NCBI RefSeq assembly: GCF_036421915.1
Contig: NZ_JAZGOM010000007.1
Reading direction: 5' to 3' (one strand)
DNA from: Georgenia wangjunii
Lineage (GTDB): Bacteria > Actinomycetota > Actinomycetes > Actinomycetales > Actinomycetaceae
DNA length: 24,000 nucleotides
The notes under the pieces are model-generated. The model worked only from the letters and a program-made list of their open reading frames with translations. It had not been told where the DNA came from and ran no database searches. Of the stretch, positions 17,677 through 23,440 are shown in pieces (positions within the stretch are counted from its first letter, which is position 1; every line of letters begins with the position of its first letter). The position numbers and the translations under genes are program-made.

Positions 17677-18905
17677 CCGCGACGGTGCTCGTCCTCGACG
17701 GGTTCGGCATCGGGGCGATGGGGGACGCCGGCATGCTGCGGACCGAGGACGCCCGGGCGGACACCCTCGGGTCCCTGGTGCGTTGGGCGCGGGAGACGCG
17801 TGGGCGCGAGCTGGACGTCCGGCACCTTGCCGGCCTGGGCCTCGCCGCCCTGCGGCCCGACCTAGGGCTAGCCATCGAGACCGCCGGCGTGCGGGCCACC
17901 GCCCGCCGCAGCGCACTCGGCTACCCCGGCGCGGACACCTTCGCCGGGCACCAGACGATGATGGGCGCGGACATGTCCCGCGTCGTTGTCTGCCCCTTGA
18001 GCCAGCGCATCGACGAGGTGCGCGCCGCCCTCGAGGAGGCGGGGCACCGGACGGCGCTCCTCGACGGGAAGCCGGTCATCGTCGTCGACGACGCGATGCT
18101 CGTCCACGACAATCTCGAGGCGGACCCGGGCCTCAACTGGAACGTCTCGGCGCGGCTCGAGCTCGTACCGTGGGAGCAGATCCTCGCCGCCGCGGAAGCA
18201 GTGCGCGCTGTCGCGCCCGTCGCGCGGGTCATCGCCGTCGGTGGGCGCTCCGACCGGCCCCTCACGGAGTCCGTGCGGCCGGGGGACTTCGGCACGATCG
18301 GCATGGACACCCCGGCCAGCGGGTTCTACCGCAACGGCGGGCTCCAGGTGCAGCACCTCGGCGCGGACATCGACCACAGCCGCCAGCTGCCCGAGCTTGC
18401 GGCGCGGGCGGGGCTGCCGGTCACGCTCGTCGGCAAGGCCGCGGACATCCTCGTCACCGACGCGGAGGTGACCCGCCTGCCCGGTGTCGAGACGGAGGAG
18501 ATCCTCACCGACACGCTGCGGGCGGCCACCGGCGGGGGCCTCGTCGTGTCGAACGTCCAGCAGACCGACCTCGCGGGCCACCAGCAGGACCCCGGCCGCT
18601 TCGTCACCATGCTCGAGATGGTCGATGCGGCGGTCCCCGAGCTCGTCGCGTCCCTCCGGGACCCCGGTGACCTCCTCGTCGTCGTCGCGGACCACGGCAA
18701 CGACCCGCTCATCGGGCACGGCTACCACACGCGCGAGTACGTGCCGGTCCTCGCCGTCACCCCCGGGCGGGCGGCCACGGGGGTCGGCGAGGTCCTCACC
18801 TCCCTGGCCGACGTCGGTGCGTCCGTCGCGGCCGCGCTCGGACTGGACCCGACGGCCCTCGGCAACGGTCGCCCGACGGACCTCATGGTCGCCGGACGGC
18901 CGTAG
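17673..18905 (+). CDS. YhfW-like phosphopentomutase-family mutase (alkaline-phosphatase/metalloenzyme superfamily)
   Basis: 410 aa with an ATGA overlap with yhfX-like. DeoB-like motifs are VLVLD9GFGIG, GADT89FAGHQ (nucleophile Thr position), DLAGHQQD and VVADHGNDP. Confidence 0.85.
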   Translation: MTATVLVLDGFGIGAMGDAGMLRTEDARADTLGSLVRWARETRGRELDVRHLAGLGLAALRPDLGLAIETAGVRATARRSALGYPGADTFAGHQTMMGADMSRVVVCPLSQRIDEVRAALEEAGHRTALLDGKPVIVVDDAMLVHDNLEADPGLNWNVSARLELVPWEQILAAAEAVRAVAPVARVIAVGGRSDRPLTESVRPGDFGTIGMDTPASGFYRNGGLQVQHLGADIDHSRQLPELAARAGLPVTLVGKAADILVTDAEVTRLPGVETEEILTDTLRAATGGGLVVSNVQQTDLAGHQQDPGRFVTMLEMVDAAVPELVASLRDPGDLLVVVADHGNDPLIGHGYHTREYVPVLAVTPGRAATGVGEVLTSLADVGASVAAALGLDPTALGNGRPTDLMVAGRP

Positions 18906-19032
18906 CGGGCCGGTCCGGTGTCCGGGGTGCGACGGTGGGCCACGGTGGGCCGCCCGGTGGTCGTGTCGTGGAGGCGGGCGCCCCGGGGCCCGGACAGCGG
19001 TCGTCGGCCGCCCGACTCGCAGGCAGAGCCAC

Positions 19033-19611
19033 TCAGTCGCCGTAGACGATCTCCACGCGGCGGTTCGCGGCGTACGTGCTCGGGTCGTCCGGGTTTTCCT
19101 GCACGGCCGGCTCGGCGTCCGCGAAGCCCGCGACCTCGAGCGCGAGGTCGGGCCGCGCGGCGGCGACGACGTCGGCCACGGCCTGCGCGCGGTTGCGCGA
19201 GAGCTCGTCGTTGGGGATCGGTCCGACGAGCGAGTCGGTGTGCCCGTGCACCTGGACGGCGGCGCCCTCGGGCACGTCGGCGAGGAGCTCGGCGATGCGC
19301 GGGGCGGCGCTGGCCGGCAGGTCGTAGCTCTGCGAGGCGAAGAGGATGTCGGTGGCGAGGGAGATCGTCGTCTCCGTGCCCTCGGTCTCGACGGTCTCGA
19401 GCGAGCGCACGCTGCCCGCTACCTGCCACTGCTGCACCGAGCCGGCGGGGTCCCAGGCGTGCACCGCGGCCGCGAGCTGGTCGGCGGTGGGGGCGGGCAG
19501 GTCGTCGGGGGACTCCGCTGCGGCGCCCAGGGCGGTCGCACCGGTCATCGCGACGGCGGCGGCGAGGGCAGCGGCGGCGGCCCGTGGCCGGCGGGAGGCG
19601 GGGTGGCTCAC
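19033..19611 (-). CDS. OmpA-C-like (peptidoglycan-binding) domain protein with an N-terminal signal/anchor
   Basis: The C-terminal motif series HGHTDSLVGPIPNDELSRNRAQAVADVV..ANRRVEIVY is diagnostic for the OmpA/MotB domain. I place the start at GTG 19609-19611, overlapping the upstream stop (GTGA), giving 192 aa with the hydrophobic stretch AAAAALAAAVAMTGATALGAAA. Confidence 0.85.
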   Translation of the reverse strand: MSHPASRRPRAAAAALAAAVAMTGATALGAAAESPDDLPAPTADQLAAAVHAWDPAGSVQQWQVAGSVRSLETVETEGTETTISLATDILFASQSYDLPASAAPRIAELLADVPEGAAVQVHGHTDSLVGPIPNDELSRNRAQAVADVVAAARPDLALEVAGFADAEPAVQENPDDPSTYAANRRVEIVYGD

Positions 19612-20249
19612 GGGACCGGGATGCCGGTGTACTCGGGCAGCGAGTCGCGCAGCCGCAGGTCGAAGGTGTCGATGTCGTCCTCGGGCGCCGCGTACACGCC
19701 CCACCAGACGACCTGCTCGCCGTTGACGGCCTCGAGCTCGACGGTGCTCGCAGTCCAGTCGAACGCCATGTTGCTGACGGGGGAGTACTCCTTGAGGTTC
19801 TCCCGGTCCACGAGGACGGGGCGGAACTTCATGGCGTTGTTCGGGTACATGTCGTACACGGCGACCGGCTCGTCGTCCTCGACGGAGGCGAAGTTCGGGG
19901 TGAACACGAGGCGCAGAGTCATGACGTCACCCTCGACCTCGAGAGGCAGGACGCCGACCGTCACCTCGTCCTCCGTGCCGGGGAGGATGTAGGAAACCTC
20001 GGCGAGGACGTCGTCGGGATCGATGTCGCGGGCCGCCGCGCCGCTCGCGCCGGGAGCGTCGTCGCCGGACGGGTCGTCCGCCGTTGGCTTCCCGCTCGAG
20101 TCCTCGGCCGTCGTCGCCTGCTCCGCGGTCGAGGCGTCGTCGGAGGCGTCGTCCCCGCTGCACCCGCCCAGCACGAGGGCCAGTGCCGCGGCGCCCGCCG
20201 CCACGGCAGGTCGTGCCCGTCTCGCGCCGCTCGGTCGTGTCCGTCTCAT
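19608..20249 (-). CDS. secreted lipoprotein of unknown function (acidic low-complexity linker plus about 140-aa beta-rich domain)
   Basis: I place the start at ATG 20247-20249, preceded by GAGGAG. The N-terminus MRRTRPSGARRARPAVAAGAAALALVLGGCSGDD has a lipobox (LGGC), and the product is 213 aa. The longer 20432 start in the track adds an Arg-rich non-coding-looking extension. Confidence 0.75.
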   Translation of the reverse strand: MRRTRPSGARRARPAVAAGAAALALVLGGCSGDDASDDASTAEQATTAEDSSGKPTADDPSGDDAPGASGAAARDIDPDDVLAEVSYILPGTEDEVTVGVLPLEVEGDVMTLRLVFTPNFASVEDDEPVAVYDMYPNNAMKFRPVLVDRENLKEYSPVSNMAFDWTASTVELEAVNGEQVVWWGVYAAPEDDIDTFDLRLRDSLPEYTGIPVP

Positions 20250-20444
20250 CGCCGTCTCCTCGGTAGGTCGGCTCAGGCTAGCGGCCAGGCGTCCGACGGC
20301 GGTGCTGTTGATCGCTATTTCGCCGTGCGCCCGCCGCGCAACTGCCCGGCAGCCTGCCTGCCTCCGCCCGCCGCCCGCCGTGCGGCCGCTGCGCCGGCCG
20401 TGCGCCCGGCGCGGCGCGCCACGGCAGAGCACCGGTTACGACGG

Positions 20445-20464
20445 TGCCCCGAGTTGGATTCGAA
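20445..20464 (-). other. tRNA 3'-end-like fragment (TTCGAATCC-AAC-TCGGGGC-A on the minus strand); not an intact tRNA
   Basis: The minus-strand sequence ttcgaatccaactcggggca reads as T-loop, 3' T-stem, 3' acceptor strand and discriminator A. The sequence 5' of it (ctcgc) cannot pair with CCAAC, and no complementary GCCCCGA acceptor 5' strand exists within 80 nt. Confidence 0.25.
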
Positions 20465-20585
20465 GCGAGTTACCGGGTATGGACGGCGTGTCGCCCAATG
20501 TCACGGATTATCCCTCTGACCTGGGCGAACACCCCTATTTCGGCCTTCTGATGCCCCCCGAGTTACGTGCCGTGTATCGTTCGCT

Positions 20586-20618
20586 GCGACACGTGTGCGA
20601 CACGTATGCGACACGGCG
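20586..20618 (+). repeat. three tandem 11-bp direct repeats GCGACACG-NNN (20586, 20597, 20608) just upstream of the integrase ATG
   Basis: Read directly as gcgacacgtgt gcgacacgtat gcgacacggcg. The 8-nt core is perfect in all three copies and the period is 11 bp, about one helical turn. The first junction forms the palindrome ACACGTGT. Confidence 0.85.
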
Positions 20619-20627
20619 GGGGCCGAG

Positions 20628-21749
20628 ATGGCAGGCAAGCGGGCGGGGTTCGGACAGGTCACCAAGCTGCCCTCAGGCCGGTACCGCGCCCGCTACCAGG
20701 TGCCGGACGCCTTCCCCCGGCAGTACGTAAACGGGCCGACGACGTTTGCGCGCAAGGTCGACGCCCAGGACTGGCTCGCTGCCCAACGCACGCTCATCGT
20801 CCAGGGTCTCCTCCGGCCGGCGACGATCGCTTCCCGGGTCACGCTTGCCGAGTACGCCGAGCGCTGGCTCGTCAGCAGACGCAACTCCAAGGGCGAACCG
20901 CTGCGCCCCACGACCGCGCACGTCTACCGCCACTACCTCGACCGGCACATCCTCCCGGCCCTCGGGCCAAGACCGCTGCCGCAGATCACGCGGGAGGACG
21001 TCGAGCGCTGGTTCGCCGGCCTCCTCCCGAATCGCCCGACGCTCCGTGCACGCACGTACGCGCTCCTGAAGACGATGTTCAACAGCGCCGTCGACGACGG
21101 CCTGGTCCCGACGAACCCGTGCAGGATCCGAGGAGGCAGCGGCAGCCGGGCCGTGGTTCAGCCGGTCGTCCTCAGCCCGGCCGAGGTTCGTGCCCTGGCC
21201 GAGGAGATGCCGGACCACCTGCGGCTGAGCATCTACCTCGGCGCCTGGTGCCAGCTCCGCTCGGGCGAGCTGCTCGAGCTGAGGCGCGGCGACATCGGCG
21301 AAAGGTCGGTGCGGATCAGCAGGGGAGTGACGTGGGTGAAATCCCAGCCGATCGTCGGGCCGCCGAAGACGGACGCCGGAGTCCGCGCCGTGGCCATCCC
21401 CCCACATATACAACCCGCCATCGGCGAGCACTTCGCCACCTATGCGAACCCGGGGAACCACGGGCTGCTGTTCCCCGCGCGCGCGGGCGTCGACCGGCAG
21501 ATCTACGGCCCCACCTTCGCCGACACGTTCAAGCGAGCCGCGATACGCGCAGGGCTCCCTGAGTCGCTCCGGTTCCACCACCTGAGGCACACCGGTCTGA
21601 CGATGCTGGCGCAGGCGGGCGCCACCCTGGCCGAGCTGCAGGCGCGGGCCGGACACGCCACGCCTGGAATCGCCATGCGCTACCAGCACGCTGTGGCGGC
21701 ACGCGACGAGCAGATGGCCGACGCGCTCTCAACACTGGCCGAAACGTAG
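20628..21749 (+). CDS. tyrosine-type site-specific recombinase (phage/integrative-element integrase)
   Basis: The N-terminus MAGKRAGFGQVTKLPSGRYRARYQVPD is typical of actinobacterial integrases. It has a SAM-like core-binding domain. The catalytic signature is LRSGELLEL (Arg), HHLRHTG (HxxR) and GHATPGIAMRYQH (His..Tyr). ATG 20628 is preferred over GTG 20595, which lies inside the repeat array. Confidence 0.9.
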   Translation: MAGKRAGFGQVTKLPSGRYRARYQVPDAFPRQYVNGPTTFARKVDAQDWLAAQRTLIVQGLLRPATIASRVTLAEYAERWLVSRRNSKGEPLRPTTAHVYRHYLDRHILPALGPRPLPQITREDVERWFAGLLPNRPTLRARTYALLKTMFNSAVDDGLVPTNPCRIRGGSGSRAVVQPVVLSPAEVRALAEEMPDHLRLSIYLGAWCQLRSGELLELRRGDIGERSVRISRGVTWVKSQPIVGPPKTDAGVRAVAIPPHIQPAIGEHFATYANPGNHGLLFPARAGVDRQIYGPTFADTFKRAAIRAGLPESLRFHHLRHTGLTMLAQAGATLAELQARAGHATPGIAMRYQHAVAARDEQMADALSTLAET

Positions 21750-21901
21750 GAGCTGGCGACGGTCTCGCCGCGCGTGCAGTTGCTCGGTGGACCATGCCCC
21801 GGTGCGCACCCCGACCCCGCAAACGGGCCGTGCCCTGCTACCCACAGCGCCGGCGCCGCGAGAACCTGCATGTCAGGAGCGACGTTAGTTGCGAACAGGC
21901 T

Positions 21902-21924
21902 GATGGGCACTTGAACTGCCCATC
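21902..21924. other. perfect 8-bp inverted repeat GATGGGCA-cttgaac-TGCCCATC between the integrase and the cargo genes
   Basis: Read directly. It is about 150 nt downstream of the integrase stop and about 100 nt upstream of the 22025 start. There is no T-tract. It could be a terminator or a protein-binding site. Confidence 0.3.
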
Positions 21925-22024
21925 CGCAGCGCTCAGCCATGCCGCGCGACGATGATGCGTACTAGGCTGACTCTGCGGGGACACTCGCGTACCGGGTGGT
22001 TGATGCACGATTCTAGGAGTTGCG

Positions 22025-22639
22025 ATGTCGGTCGTTGATAGCCATGGTCGTGAGGGACGAATCGCCGCCTTGAGCGTATTGCACCAGACCGAGACTTCTT
22101 CGAACGTCGGCGAACTCCAAGCGACCACAGCGATCTCGTTGGGCCTCCTCACGTACCTGGCAGCCACGATATTTCTCTTCGACGATCTAGCACCGGAACT
22201 TTTGGCTTTGCTACCACTTGGCGTGCTATTTGGTTGCTCGTATCAGATGCTTCGCGCGGCCGTCGTTGTGCGAAGGGCTGCGCTTACGCGAGCGTACGAG
22301 CGCTGTCTGGCGGAGGCTATCGGCTTCCCTGACGAGTACGCACAAGGGAAGCTTGGGTCGCCGTTCTACGCGTCGCTGGATGACATCGGCGTGATTCGTG
22401 AGCGTCGCGAACCAGGATGGTTGCCTAGGTTGTTCGTAGCCGCAGTCGCGTACCTCGGCTTATATGGTTTATCTGTGCTATATACGACCCTCGTACTTAT
22501 AGAGGTGTGGGACCAGGTCGGCGCGGCATGGCTGACTTTCGGTTGTACTATCGCGTACGCGATATTCTGGCTAGGGTTCTTGGTTGCTGCTTTCATTTCC
22601 TTTCAGCCGAGGAGTCCTTCGAAGCTCCACATCAAGTAG
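22025..22639 (+). CDS. hypothetical 4-TM membrane protein (no family recognised)
   Basis: ATG 22025 is preceded by AGGAG at -11 to -7. The product is 204 aa with hydrophobic segments at about 33-53, 59-76, 137-160 and 167-193, and a ~60-aa charged loop (RRAALTRAYERCLAEAIGFPDEYAQGKLGSPFYASLDDIGVIRERREPGW). Its codon usage is much lower in GC than the host's. Confidence 0.68.
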   Translation: MSVVDSHGREGRIAALSVLHQTETSSNVGELQATTAISLGLLTYLAATIFLFDDLAPELLALLPLGVLFGCSYQMLRAAVVVRRAALTRAYERCLAEAIGFPDEYAQGKLGSPFYASLDDIGVIRERREPGWLPRLFVAAVAYLGLYGLSVLYTTLVLIEVWDQVGAAWLTFGCTIAYAIFWLGFLVAAFISFQPRSPSKLHIK

Positions 22640-22651
22640 CGGCCGGAACCC

Positions 22652-23290
22652 GTGCTAACTGGCGCCGTTTCCATCCGTTACCGAGTTGCACTTTTAGGAT
22701 CCGCTACGTCGGGAATTGTCCTGCAGATCATCCAAGGCGAGGATCCAACGCCGACGTACGAGTACTTCACGATCTGGAGCGCGGCCGCCCTCGTCCTCTA
22801 TGGCTCGAACCTTCTCTCGCGCTTGCCTGCTGCGGAATCCTATGTTCGAAACGCCGCGTCGGCAGGTGCCCTTCTTTCCGCAGTCGTCTACCTGGCCGCG
22901 ATCGCGCCCGTCAACGGAATGGGTTCCGAACCGACGACGGTGGCGGCGAACGCGGTTCTACACTTGGTTGTGCCCGTCGTAGTGATCTTGCTTTACGCGA
23001 GTAAGTACGACTTGCAGTTCCCACCTCGAGCGATCGTAACAACCTTAACGTTCCCGGCTGCGTATCTCGGATGGGCCATATTGACGAGCGCCGTCGGCGG
23101 GGCGCCTCCGGTGTATGTTTTTCTTGACGTGCGACATGTCGGCGTCTTAGGAGTGCTGGGTGCAACGTTAGGAGGTTCGATTGTATACCTCCTAGTCGCG
23201 CTCTTTCTCTCCCGGTTGACTGTACGTAAGAGTCGCCGCGACGGCGAGACTCAGAGACGTAGCTCTGGGGCGACCTCCGGTGCCAGCTAG
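22652..23290 (+). CDS. polytopic membrane protein, possibly of the FAR-17a/AIG1 (bacterial Pr6Pr) family
   Basis: 212 aa with a GTG start 13 nt after the previous stop and 5-6 hydrophobic segments. The motifs YFT40IWS, AVLH104LVVP and VYVFLD resemble the conserved Thr, His and FLD elements of that family as I recall them. No alignment was run, so the family call is tentative. Confidence 0.6.
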   Translation: MLTGAVSIRYRVALLGSATSGIVLQIIQGEDPTPTYEYFTIWSAAALVLYGSNLLSRLPAAESYVRNAASAGALLSAVVYLAAIAPVNGMGSEPTTVAANAVLHLVVPVVVILLYASKYDLQFPPRAIVTTLTFPAAYLGWAILTSAVGGAPPVYVFLDVRHVGVLGVLGATLGGSIVYLLVALFLSRLTVRKSRRDGETQRRSSGATSGAS

Positions 23291-23440
23291 CACGAGCCGT
23301 GGCGGCCCGATGTCGTGGAGCTGGGACCACTTGATCGGGCGGGGGCGCTGGCCGAGCACCTGATCGACGAGGGCGTCGAGTTCGGCATTATCAGGACCGC
23401 CCCGAGTCGGCTCATCCGGGAGGTGAGGCTGGAGGGTCAT
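23192..23440 (-). pseudogene. possible 5' remnant of a disrupted gene (about 50 codons with host-like GC3, then read-through antisense to the low-GC gene)
   Basis: From ATG 23438-23440 the first ~50 codons (MTLQPHLPDEPTRGGPDNAELDALVDQVLGQRPRPIKWSQLHDIGPPR) are mostly G/C-ending, like host genes. Beyond about 23290 the frame only continues antisense to the 22652-23290 CDS. No family was recognised. Confidence 0.3.

Larger units (their letters stand above)
20445..23300. mobile_element. putative integrated genomic islet (integrase plus low-GC cargo); boundaries not established and it may extend beyond the window
   Basis: An integrase lies next to a tRNA-like fragment. Hand-counted GC of sample 60-nt lines in 22141-22500 is 47-57%, against 70% for a sample line at 14401. 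A high-GC3 ORF fragment on the minus strand loses its coding character at about 23290, where the low-GC gene ends. No convincing att direct-repeat pair was found. Confidence 0.4.

Noticed and set aside
18906-19032. A bidirectional terminator between the convergent yhfW-like and OmpA-like genes
   Set aside because: Only short stems were seen, such as GTCGG-ccgc-CCGAC at 19003-19016, along with repeated GGTGGGCC words. Nothing is strong enough to annotate without folding-energy calculations.
20280-20440. An extremely GC-rich stretch with reiterated GCCCGCC/GTGCGCC words upstream of the lipoprotein gene, considered as a structured RNA or repeat element
   Set aside because: It has no clear periodicity and no long inverted repeat. 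It is consistent with ordinary high-GC intergenic or promoter DNA, and I could not define a unit.
18918-20519. 533-aa plus ORF and 502-aa plus ORF (18484..19992) across the OmpA-like and lipoprotein genes
   Set aside because: The translations are extremely Arg-rich. The minus-strand genes have a canonical OmpA motif, a lipobox and an SD.
20440-20525. An intact tRNA gene next to the integrase
   Set aside because: Only a 20-nt T-loop/acceptor-like 3' fragment is present. The preceding bases cannot form the T-stem, there is no complementary 5' acceptor strand, and no D or anticodon arm could be folded by eye on either strand.
20586-20618. The tandem repeats as a CRISPR array or coding repeat
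   Set aside because: The units are 11 bp with only 3-nt variable spacers, there are three copies, and no cas genes are present. The scale is wrong for CRISPR. They are interpreted as protein-binding sites instead.
20480-20627. Small ORF (MDGVSPNVTDYPSDLGEHPYFGLLMPPELRAVYRSL...) as a possible excisionase upstream of the integrase
   Set aside because: It has no HTH or winged-helix excisionase pattern. The frame runs on into the integrase gene out of frame, and it contains the repeat array. It is more likely non-coding att/regulatory DNA.
21838-22167. 109-aa minus ORF and 86-aa minus ORF (21680..21940) between the integrase and the cargo genes
   Set aside because: They have no SD and no recognisable fold. 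They overlap the SD-supported start of the 22025 gene, and their composition is not protein-like.
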